A stretch of 64,000 nucleotides of DNA, taken from assembly GCA_949358305.1 (NCBI GenBank), contig OX442314.1:15934001-15998000 (forward strand), given 5' to 3'. This document shows, piece after piece, positions 53,267 through 64,000 of the stretch (its first letter is position 1; each line of letters starts with the position of its first letter). The position numbers were made by a program, and so were the translations under genes. Below the pieces are notes generated by a model that did no database searches, was not told where the DNA came from, and saw only the letters and a program-made list of their open reading frames with translations. Source of the DNA: Strigamia acuminata (Eukaryota).

Positions 53267-54743
53267 GTTGATGTTGTAGTTGTACATTAAAGTGAGCAAA
53301 GAGTTGTTTATCTAATAAACGAAATAAAGTGAACTGTAGATTCTTATCAGATATTGATTGCCGTAACGTGGATGGTAACTATTGTAGGAGCACGGAATGA
53401 TAACAACTGTGAAACCGAATGACTTTTCATAAAATTATCTTGTTATAAAATAAATAAAAAATTAGGCCACAGCTAGAAGTTTTTTAGGGAATAAATTGTT
53501 CGAGATCATTTATTACAAAAGTAGAATTCTTCAATGGAATCTCATTAAACAGAAATAAAGTTATAAATCGTTTATAAAAGCTAACTAACCACAACGCATG
53601 CATGCTAGCAGATGATACGAGTCGATCCAAATCCTTAACCGATGGTCCCTTTCCTAAACAGGAAGTGAGCATCAAACTGGAGAAAGTAGATTGCAGTGAC
53701 CAGACAGCAAGTCAAGTCCCATGGGGACAACTCTGACCACTCGGCCGAGAGAGCCACTATCTAGCAATTGTTTTGTTGTACCCGGAACCAGGGCTGGACT
53801 GGGAACAAATTTATTGCCGGGAAATCTTGGTGTCCCGGCCACAATTAATGAAGTCGGGACAGGCCACAGCGGCCACGGGCCACCAGGAAACTCCCAGTAG
53901 CCCGCCGGGCCAGTCCAGCACTGCCCGGAACATAGGACGAAAAGCAAGTAACGAGCATGCAGAGAAGCGAAATCAAGCAGCGGCCAAGGCGCAATTCCTG
54001 GGAAACTAAAAATTGCGACCACGCGGACCAAATTCCATCGAATTCAACAGAATCCCGATGACTAGAAAAAGCGAAAACATCAGTTTGTGTGTGTCTAAGT
54101 CAACAAGTGTGATAGTGATTTGTGGGCATATTTATAAATGCTGAACAGGCGATAAGAACCGTAAGAACCGTTACATTTAGCCATGATTTCCTAAATTGAG
54201 TTTCATGATTCTCAAAGTTGAGTCTCAATTTCATATCTACAGCATATCTGTCTCTATCTGTACCTTCAATCGTGGCCTTGAAGATGGCATTTGAAACACC
54301 TTTGCCATTACATTAGCCTAAGCTCAACTACTTACACCAATCCTTCATCAAATTCTTAATATTTGTAAAATTTTTGAAAATATCTGGAGTGATGTGCAGC
54401 CTTTTGGTGTATGCTGTATACTTTTGTTGTCAGAGTTTAAATCGATGCAAATCATGCCCAATACTCGTCAATTAACAAGAAATAGGTATTCTAAAACACG
54501 TTAAGTTTATGCCTACCTTTACTTTAAGTTTTACTGGAGTTATATTTGAGATGTTTACTTTAGCGCCTAAAAATATTGATGTAAACGGAACTCAGAAAAA
54601 TAAAAGCGTCAAATTACTTACTCCATATTTAATTTGCAAACAATTTTGCGTTTTGTTTTAAAGTTTATTTTCTCGGAGGAACTAAAGGTCAATGCAAACA
54701 CAATCATAACTGATAAGTAGAAAGTGTTGATTTTCTGAGACAT

Positions 54744-55852
54744 TTACCCATTTACTGTAAGAATAATAATTTTAAAAAAATATATCAATGGTGTAATTTA
54801 AGAACCTATATCAATATTGAGTATTACTCACCGTCATACGAAACAGGTTCAGAAGGTATGTAAAAGATGTCATCAGAACCCCGCGCTAGGCATTGAATAA
54901 CACCATTTTTAACTCGGTGTAGAAACGTGAAACGTGCACTTGGAGTAGTATAAACACCGAATACAGTACCACTGCTGACATTAACCCATTGATATGAAAT
55001 CGGATTATTAAATTCGATGGTTTTGCAGGTTAAGGTTTCTGTCCGATTAACTTTGAAAATTATAGGAGATGAGTGGTCGATCCACACTTCTTTGCTACCG
55101 GGCACATCTATAATAAAACGATTGTAAACAACGTTTCATTCAGATATATCTGCTTTTGTTTTTTAAAGACTTTGCATGAGATGGTTGAGAGATCAACCAG
55201 TTTTTTTCTTTTTTACCTGGAGTAACTGAAATGATAAAAGAAAAATAAAATTAATTTTTATGGAGAACTTAATGAGTCAAATAATTTTAAAAATATCTCA
55301 TTTAGATAAATGAAAAGAAGTTTTGAGTTTTACTCACCTCCGTACAAAACATACGCTGAAGAGGTGTAAATGTGGTCACCAAAACCCCGTGCTTGGCATC
55401 GAATAGCCCCGTTTGGAAACCAGTGTGTAAACGTGAATGTAGCGTTTGGAGTAGTAAAAACACCTAATACGGCATTATTGGTGACATTTATCCATTGATA
55501 AGAAATAGGATTAGAAAATCCTCTGGCGTTGCAGATTAATGTTTGCGGACGGTTTACTCTGAAAATTATGCGAGACACGTGGCTGATCCACACTTGCTTC
55601 CCACTGACATCTATAAAAACAACATTTTATTCAATATTTTATTCAACATTTTATTGAATAAAATGCGATTTGATACGATTTGATTGTTTTTGAGTTTGTA
55701 CGAGATTAAGCAATTTTTTTTTCTTTTATACCTGGAGCAACTGAAATATAAAATATAGAAATCATATATAAATCCGAAAAAAGAGTTATATTCAATATTT
55801 ACTCACTAAAACAACCAGCAAAGAGGCTTAAAATTAATGTTAGATAGAACAT
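54744..55852 (-). CDS. Ig-cassette gene B: signal, two Ig-like domains, tail truncated by TAA
   Basis: Signal exon MFYLTLILSLFAGCF; micro-exons 55732-55740 and 55217-55225; last exon reads VNG* where the paralogues read VNGQM. Confidence 0.78.
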
Positions 55853-56248
55853 GTTCACGTTGACAAGTGAGTGTACTGTAAAATAAACGACATGAAGCGG
55901 AAGTACTGTTGATTCCCATCAGGAACTGATAGCCATAACGTGGATGTTATCGTCGTTTATTGAAATAATAATATTACTGTTAAATCGACAGAAAATAATC
56001 TTGTTTGAAAATTTAAAAAAAAATTAAGCCACAGCTGGAAGTTTTGACGCAAACAGGTATTTGAGACCATTATGAATCATTCAAGAAAATGGCATAAAAC
56101 CACAGACCTGTGATAAAACACAACTACTGTTATAAATAATTTATAAAAATATCATTATAGTATCACATTTTACCAAAAACAGGTGTATGCACATTCGTAT
56201 AATTTTTAATTGATTTGCCTTTTTTTGTAAATATGATTCTTAATGCAT

Positions 56249-56590
56249 TAATGTCTTTATCTGTCGTTTCACATCTACTCCTCTGCTCATTTCTTCAAGA
56301 TACGTAATAAAAACAATAACCCTAGCTCTGTGTTAAAATTTTGACAAAGCACCAGGAATGAGTAATGCTACAGCAGCTTGCACATCACCACACAGACACA
56401 AACGAGCACGATTCATTTGTATTTTGTAATTGTTGTCTATATACCATATTTGCTTGTTTCATTTTGATCGTCCCAGTTTACGCGCGTGGGATGCAGGAGG
56501 GCTGACGGCTTTTCCATTGCGTTAGCAAATGTGTCAAAAGCATTACTCATTCCTGGTGTTATGGCAAAATTTCAACACAGGAAGTCGTGT
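56249..56590. repeat. Unclassified dispersed repeat with ~40-bp internal inverted repeat, copy 2
   Basis: tgttaaaattttgacaaagcaccaggaatgagtaatgct (56331) pairs with agcattactcattcctggtgttatggcaaaatttcaaca (56539). Confidence 0.65.
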
Positions 56591-57250
56591 TCCAAGGCAT
56601 CATATTTTAGTTTCAATGGGAAATTCCATCACGCGACGAGAATTTAGAAATGTTTTGGCCGCATTCAAGCAATCGAAAATGGCCAATGGTCGGCCGATTA
56701 CCATAGTTTCGATGGGAAACTAAGCCACATTCAAGAGCACAAGCCAGAGAACGTAATTATAATTAAATACCAATAGTACTATACATATAAAGAGGACACA
56801 TTAAAGAGTGTACCAAACATCCTTAGGTAAATGAGTACGCCTGGTGACCCTACTTGAAATGAGTATTTTAGAATTCCATAATTACACGTAGTGTTGACTA
56901 TAAAATACTAGATGCATTATTTTGGTGCAGCTTGATCTGCAACTTATTCCAATGGAATATTTTCATTGCATTAATTATGAACTTTAAAAGAATGTGCTTT
57001 GTAAATATTGATTTGAATGGAACTCAGAAAAAAGCATGAAATTGCTTATTTAATCCACGTTATTTCCACTGAAAATTTTGCTAGAAATTATTTTTACCTA
57101 ACGTTTATAAAGAATCAAAAAAGCTATGAATTATAGCGCAAATTTATTTTTTATATTTACGTTTACAGTAAACTGATACAATTAAACAGTGCGCCCTTCA
57201 TTTCAATTTTTTCTCAGGATAAAAAATGTAGTTAGCGTGACAGTTTTGTT

Positions 57251-58242
57251 TTAATGTATTTTCTGGAAGGCACTGAAGGTCAATGAAAACATCATCATAA
57301 ACGATAAGAAGAAAGTGTTGATTTTGTGAGACATTTGCCCATTTACTGCAAAAAAAAAAAATTTATAAAATATCGTTAAATTAATTTAATTACTCACCTT
57401 GATACCAAACAGGTGCAGAAGGCATGTAAAAGGTTTGACCAGAATCCAGTGCTAGGCATTGAATATAACCATTTTTAATCCGTTGGTTAAACGTGAACGA
57501 AACACTTGGGGTAGTATAAACACCAAATACTGTACGACTGCTGACATTAACCCATTGATAAGAAATCGGGTTAATAAATCCTACGGTTTTGCAAGTTAAG
57601 ATTTTCGTACGATTTACTCTGAAAATTATTGGAGACCAGAGGGTGTCGATCCACACCAATTTGCCACCGGATACATCTATAATAAAACGAATATAAACAA
57701 CATTTTATTCAAATCTATCTGCTTTTGTAGGACGATAAAGATTTGATTTTTTTTGGCTTTTTCCCTTCTTACCTGGATTAACTAAAATAGAAAAAATAGA
57801 AATCATTTTTATGGCGAACACCGAAATTTGTCAAATTTTAAGAAATTTACCAGAAAAAGGAACCATTGTGGAATTATGAAAGCGAACTTCACTTCGTCCT
57901 TTAGCTTGGCATATGATGTAACCAGTTTGCGGTGCAGAGAATTTAAATTCTAATTGCGAGTGGTTTGAATTTGGAAACGTGTAATTAGAACCAGCTTGAA
58001 TAAGTGCCCATTGGAACGTAACAGGTGGTATGGCATTTTCTGCAATACATATTAACGTTTTTTGTTGATTTATTTTAAATTGTACTGGGGTAGTAACTCG
58101 AATGAAGACGTTAATGCCTGAAAATGTTAAAAACATAAATTTGATATAAATGAAACTCCGAATAAAGCGTTAAATCAAATATTTACTCACCAAAACAACC
58201 AACAAAGAGGCTGAAAATTAATGTTAGGGAGAACACGTTCAT
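57251..58242 (-). CDS. Ig-cassette gene C: signal, two Ig-like domains, GPI-like tail
   Basis: Signal exon MNVFSLTLIFSLFVGCF; micro-exon 57773-57781; tail VNGQMSHKINTFFLSFMMMFSLTFSAFQKIH*. Confidence 0.8.
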
Positions 58243-58698
58243 GTTGAATACAGTAAACTGTAAAATAAAGCAAACGAAATAAAGGAAGTAGATTCTGATC
58301 AGAAGCTGATAGCCACAACTTGGATGGTATCTAGGTGTACGGAACAATAATACTGAGAAAATGAATGACTTCAGAAAATAATTTTGTTTTAAAATTAAAA
58401 ATTAAGGCCACAGCTGCAAGTTTTGTAGCAAATAGGTATTTGAGATCAGTTATAAAAAATAGTAAAAATATGAAGTTATACAAGGGAATACTAGTATGAC
58501 ATTAAACAGAATTAAAGTTATAAATAATTTATACAAAAAAAATAAATATCAGTAGCCTATTTAAAGTACGGTATCACTATTTCCCTAAAGTAAATGTTTG
58601 TATATTTATATCATTTTTACTTCATTTACCTTTTCTGAAAATATGATCCTTTTCAAGCGTAAGTACATTTACTCATCATTTTTATTTTTACTTCACTT

Positions 58699-60830
58699 TG
58701 TGACGGAATAAAATTAGGCATGGATATATAATTAGTATAATATGAAGGAATAACTAAGGGGTAAAGTTAGGCTGTACTGCAATGGCAATTACAGTAAGGC
58801 GGGAAAGGAATCTCTTGAGTGACGTGAGTCACTTGAGAGGTAAAGGGGGTCGCTGGCAAGTGACCACAAATAATCTAGAGGCTAGACAGGTACAAAACAG
58901 TGAGATAACATAAATAAATGGAGAATAAATATCTGACTTCGTGAAATATGCGACATATAAATTGATAGATGAATGTAGTTAACTATGAATAATATTGAGC
59001 CAACACAAGTGTGTAAACTATAATAAAGCTAATTTATTAGCGAGTCCAAATGATCATTAAACCATAATCCAAAATACATACATATATACAAATACACAAG
59101 CGCTATAAACAAGGCCTCCAATAATCATTGGGGTAATACAAAGACATATCAAAAGGTAAATACGCTGACAAAACTAGAGCATTGGGAGGCATGAAGAATT
59201 CATGGCCCAAGGCAAAAGGGGGACTTGAACAGGAGTGAAAGAGAAGCGCTCTTTTAATTACGCTGAAACTGTAGTTTAAGGGGATTAAAAGGGGACATTT
59301 AAAATGGCGGCTCAATCGAGGCTTTGATTGCAATTCGGTTCGGTGTGGCTTTAATAACGATGTCGTCACAAATAATGCATTGACTTTGAAGAAAGCCAAT
59401 GCTGCCTAAAACTTAATTGTTCAATTAAAGCAAGAGCTAAAACAAGAGTGTAAACTCTTGATTAAGCGGTTTGGTGGGTGAAAGACCCAAGAGTTGGCTA
59501 TGAGAATGGCAACATGTCATTGAATAGGCCTAACCAAGAGTAGAGCAGTTCTGCTAAACCAGAGGTTCACATTGACTGGATACATCATTTAATGGCTAGG
59601 TTCTTGGCTAACAAGTGCAAGGGGTTTGTGAGCGAGTGCTCGAGACAGAGAAAGACAACTACACATATTTAGGTGTAACTCAGATTGCTCTGAGTTCAAA
59701 TGTCTATGCGTAACAACTTTCAGGAGAAGGCTGACTAGCGCATTTAGGACTAAGCATAAATGCAAAGTAATGCTACGCCATTGAGAACCATAGCAAAGGT
59801 AAGGGAAGTTACTATTAAATTAATAGCAAGTTCTTATAGCAAGTAGAAGGATTGATTGACTAACAATGGACAACAAAAGGACTAAGCCGAACTAATAAAT
59901 CTCCCTCAACTTAGCAACAATTGACCACTTCAATGGGAATCCACTGAAGTAATTCTAATTACCAATTTGAGAGCAATAAATGAAATAAGGCTTACCAGTA
60001 CTTTGATTCCGCGGTCCAGGGTCATTGAATCCAGTGTCAAAAGGGTTGTGGAATTTTGGCGGGAAAATCCACCAACAAAGCCAGGGCGGCAAAGTTGGAG
60101 TAGAGGCAACAAAACCTATCTTTTCTCCTTCATCTTCACCTCCATTGCCATCCTACTTCCCCCAGCTGTCAACTGCAGGAAGTTTTACATCTCAACCCAG
60201 TAATCGAATACCAAATAGGCTCGGATGTTGCTCGTAGGGCAACCAACTAAAGCGAGATAGTGCGTCAAAACCTTGACGCACAACATAAGTCAAAACCAAA
60301 GGCAAGAACAAAATGTGTAAAGTCAAAATATATGGGCAAAATCTGTGTAGGAAGCTTTGAACAAAGCTTATATAGACAAACCAAACAATACCTCATTGGA
60401 ATGGAACCAATGGGGTAAATAGACCAATGACAAATGAGAGCTATCTCATTAGTATGAAGCGGGAAAGCTTCACAAAGCAAATACCTCATTAGAATGTAAA
60501 CAAGGAGGAGTGCATAAGGGGTCAAGAGTTCTCTTGGCCTTTGCAAGGTCACTCTCTCTAATGTTTAGAAACAACACAAGGGGAAGTAAACAACATAGTC
60601 GCTCAGTCTTGGCTTCACTGTATAGTGACTCAATCAAGATGGCGACTGGTGCAATAACACACTATAAACTGTAAGAAAATGCTTATGGCCGTGAGCCAGT
60701 GGCTCACTTATAGCGCCTAGGACTCATATAATATAAAAGTAAATTAAAGAATTCAACTTAAAACCTTGAATTAAATATAAATAGTTTTATTTATCTTTAA
60801 CCAAAACTACGGTATTTTGGTACCGTCACA
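58699..60830 (-). mobile_element. Long terminal repeat (~2.1 kb), probably the 3' LTR of the adjacent gag element
   Basis: Termini TGTGACGG...CCGTCACA (8-bp inverted, TG..CA). Minus-strand AATAAA near 59037. The flanks do not form a target duplication, so it is not a simple solo LTR. Confidence 0.7.
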
Positions 60831-61460
60831 CGTGCTCCGGAAAAGAGTGCGTGCGTCCTACGCATGCATTAATGGAACTGAAACTTAAAATTACCAAGGA
60901 ATACTAGTCAAATGTGAAGAGAGAAAATTATTCTGGAAGTGAAGACTCCCGTAAAAACTCTCCGGTGTGTTCCACACCGTTACAAAAGGGTAGTGAATAG
61001 TCACCTATTATAAAAAGAAGTACATGGATGCTAGTAACGTTATAAAAGTAGTAAGATAAAGGAAATATTTTAAAATACATAAGTTGGTCTAGCAATGGCC
61101 AAACATATAAAGAAGGTTGGAGTTTTCACTCAAAAAGCAAAGTTAAAACAAAATAAGTCGTAATAATGAATAGAATCGCCAATCAAATTAAATTTACTAA
61201 TAATTAATTCAAATTCAAGTGAGTAATAGGAATACAAATAGAATTATTTTAAAAGAACACACGTTTAAACTTAAGAAAATTCTTTCGAATTAAAAAGGTT
61301 AAACACTATATTATTATTATAAGATCGAGTGAAACAAGTAAATACACATTGATAAAACAAAAATTATAGTTACAGAAAGTATAAAAACATTTACAACCGG
61401 AGTAAAATGCGGGATAATAAAATAAGAAGTTAGAAAAATAATAAATTCGTCGCATTCTCA

Positions 61461-63104
61461 CTAATTACGCAATTTCTTCGTAATTTCTTTAACCTGCTCT
61501 ACACCTCGGGATTGGGGAAATTCGGATTCAGATGAGTCAGAATTCTCTGCCTCGTCAGAGTCTGAAGACACTCTAATCTTGTTTAGAATTTTCTTCGCTA
61601 TGAGTCTATATTTATTAAGGTGAAGATGTCTTTCATTTCTATTTTCATCTGAGTTTTCAGATTTCTTTTCTTCCTTTGTTTCTTTGGGGGTGTCAGCTGT
61701 CTTAGCAGCGGGGGGTTTGTCATCTTTATTATCTTTAGGTTTAGATTTTGTCCCTGGGGCGATGGGGTCATTGCCCACTTTGACATCATACTTCTCCTTG
61801 TCTGCTAATACTTTCTTGTATATCCGCTCTAGATCACCTTTGTCTAAATTGTTTATTTCTAGACGGCTACGAATATCAGGGGTTGCGTAGCGTTGCATCA
61901 TTTTACGCGCAACGATTCCGTTGTACGTAGATTGCTGTCGCCAGCAGTTATAATAGCGCAACACGTAGTGATACACTGTCTCTCCTTCCTCTGCGACTTG
62001 CTCAAAGCAGAGCTCGCCTCTCTGATCCTCATTTAATCCAAATCTGTTTTGGAAAACGGTCTTAAAATCTTCCCAAACAGTGAGAGTCGGCGCGAAATCG
62101 TCATACCAGGTGGCAGCCACTCCTGTGAGGTATGAGGGAACACATTGAGTGATCGCCTCGTTCAGAGGGCAACCTTTATTTCGCGCTGCAGCGATTACAG
62201 CGTCGATAAACAAATTACAGTCTGTAGGAGTGCCTTCTCCTGTGAAGCGGGGCACCTCCAAACCTTTGAAAGTGTAACGACGAGGGTCGTTCTGTGTAGA
62301 ATTTGATTGATCATTGGGGGGAGGAGTACGATCTCGCTGTCGTCGCTGATCAGCTTGGTCAGCCTGGAAGGTTGTAAAACTTGTGGCTAGCTGCCTGATA
62401 CTGTCAAACATATTAACTAACATATCATTCGAGACCGTAGAAGTACTAGAAGAATGCGAGCGGGCAGGGGACGTGTTTATTCGTCTACGAGGGTTTCCGT
62501 GCGGAGTCGAATGGTTATGTAAATTGGGGTCAATAATACGTGGTGGAGTAGTGGGTCTAGGTTGATGGGTTGGTGTGTTTCCACCAGCATTAGCTTGTTG
62601 ATTTAATGTGGCTTGTGCCTGAGCTTGGGCTAATGCTATCGCATCGGCTTGGGCTTTGGCTTGGGCATCCGTCTGAACTTTGGCTAATGCTAACGCATCG
62701 GCTTGGGCTTGGGCTTGGGCATCCGCCTGAGCTTTGGCTTGAGCATCTGCCTGAGCTTTGGCCTGAGCATCTGCCTGAGCTTTGGCCTGAGCATCTGCCT
62801 GAGCTTTGGCCTGAGCATCTGCCTGAGCTTTGGCCTGAGCATCTGCCTGAGCTTTGGCCTGAGCATCTGCCAAAATTTGTGCAGTTCTTGCAACAAAGTC
62901 ATTAATATCTACGTAACTGGCGGGGTCTATTCCCACCAACACACCAAGATTCAGGAGAGCGGGCAAATCAACTGTCTGGGCGGCGCTGAGGTCCAAAGTA
63001 ACCTGCTGCCCTTGACTACCGCCGGCCTGAGGCTCGATATTACTCGAATTTAAATCACCAGGGGAAGTCACTACAGTGGGGTTCGTTTTATTACGGCCCG
63101 TCAT
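61461..63104 (-). CDS. gag: Ty3/Gypsy-like Gag (capsid) protein, intact ORF, no pol downstream
   Basis: Intronless ORF with first ATG at 63104. Capsid-like region VPRFTGE...[10 protein letters not shown]...[12 protein letters not shown]...EGETVYHY. No CCHC knuckle. Confidence 0.85.
   Translation of the reverse strand: MTGRNKTNPTVVTSPGDLNSSNIEPQAGGSQGQQVTLDLSAAQTVDLPALLNLGVLVGIDPASYVDINDFVARTAQILADAQAKAQADAQAKAQADAQAKAQADAQAKAQADAQAKAQADAQAKAQADAQAQAQADALALAKVQTDAQAKAQADAIALAQAQAQATLNQQANAGGNTPTHQPRPTTPPRIIDPNLHNHSTPHGNPRRRINTSPARSHSSSTSTVSNDMLVNMFDSIRQLATSFTTFQADQADQRRQRDRTPPPNDQSNSTQNDPRRYTFKGLEVPRFTGEGTPTDCNLFIDAVIAAARNKGCPLNEAITQCVPSYLTGVAATWYDDFAPTLTVWEDFKTVFQNRFGLNEDQRGELCFEQVAEEGETVYHYVLRYYNCWRQQSTYNGIVARKMMQRYATPDIRSRLEINNLDKGDLERIYKKVLADKEKYDVKVGNDPIAPGTKSKPKDNKDDKPPAAKTADTPKETKEEKKSENSDENRNERHLHLNKYRLIAKKILNKIRVSSDSDEAENSDSSESEFPQSRGVEQVKEITKKLRN
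62615..62871 (-). repeat. 24-bp coding tandem repeat (ADAQAKAQ) inside gag
   Basis: Six perfect ADAQAKAQ peptide units followed by several degenerate ones. Confidence 0.95.
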
Positions 63105-64000
63105 TATTACCACGGATGTCAAAATTTAAGCTTTCAAATAATTATTTAAAACACTTTCCTTCCTCTTCTTGAATTATTTCTGATATTCTCAGAAAACTCA
63201 AGCGATAAATGGATCAAGTCTAAAATTGATCGGTACACAATGGAATTCCTAAATTCAAGCGAATTCAAGAAGCTTATGATTCTAGTGCAAAATATCAAAA
63301 CGTCTCAACAATACTAACAATTACTTTTCTCGTGATAGAAAATGTCAAAATGAAATTTGCCTACCGTCGGTGGAGAGTTCGAATCGGATTGCGGGAGTCG
63401 TCTAAGGTTTGCAGTGTTTCAGCTTTTCAGGTAAGTGGTCGTCTGGTACACGTGGGTATGCAGAAGAAGTACTTCGAGAAGTGAACAGAATCGAGGGAAA
63501 ACTAGGGTTTTATAACTTTGATATTTACAAAGGAAATAATTATTTGGCAGACATAGGATTATGTTAATGGCAATAATTGCCTGTCTGGCGACGTTGAGTC
63601 GGCACAGGGAAAGTTTGGCATAAAGGACAGGAACTTGAAACAATAGGGATTAGGGTTTCACAAGATGGTGCTACAAATTTTTAGTTAGAGCAATTATCCA
63701 GAAATATGTTTGAAGTTTGAAGAATGTAAGGTTTCAAGATGTTAATCCAATTTAATTATTGAACATAAGAGAAGAAATTAATTTTAATGTCGTTTTGTTA
63801 GGAAATATAATTTTATTTTTAATTCTAATACTTATTTTTATGAAAAGCAAGGAATGTGAAAGTAAATGTCAGGAGAATCCTTTATCAAAAGAATCCTTGA
63901 AAGTAGTTATGGGGAAATGAGTATTTATTCATAGTGAAATGTTTAATTTGTAGAGTATTTTTAGTTTGTATAATTGGTTAAAGCTGGGGTCTTTGACTTG

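Noticed and set aside
59103..60552. Short ORFs inside the 2.1-kb LTR as env or pol remnants
   Set aside because: No RT, integrase, protease or fusion-protein motifs are recognisable, and the ORFs are short and inconsistent in strand.
62606..63053. ORFs with [16 protein letters not shown] and LSICLSFG repeats
   Set aside because: Alternative-frame and antisense shadows of the 24-bp gag repeat.

Overview
AT-rich, compact invertebrate (protostome-like) eukaryotic genomic DNA with many ~55-70 nt spliceosomal introns. 0-11 kb is a tightly packed housekeeping block: MCM3(-), TSEN34(+), Emi1/FBXO5-like(-), POLR2K/RPB12(+, missing from the ORF track) and EXOC3/Sec6(-). 11.5-36.7 kb is a duplicated accessory block. 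Its most striking content is two intact 11-exon paralogues that each encode TWO complete DEG/ENaC (ASIC/pickpocket-family) subunits fused head-to-tail in one 4-TM polypeptide. The junction lies inside a single open exon, and the intron phase pattern 0,1,0,0,2 occurs twice. This is unexpected for a family that forms trimers. The block also holds a 22-bp satellite, three SSUH2-like genes (the two youngest differ only by replacement changes in two zinc-finger exons) and a decayed tandem duplicate of the channel pair broken by deletions, a solo LTR and a MITE. 36.9-58.3 kb has a family of small secreted or probably GPI-anchored Ig-domain genes assembled from phase-1 Ig cassettes and 9-nt micro-exons, a full-length Trk receptor tyrosine kinase, an ARL14EP-like gene and a THAP exon. 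The window ends with an apparently gag-only Ty3/Gypsy-like element (2.1-kb LTR, intact gag with an ADAQAKAQ repeat). All gene models were spliced by eye; no database searches were run.
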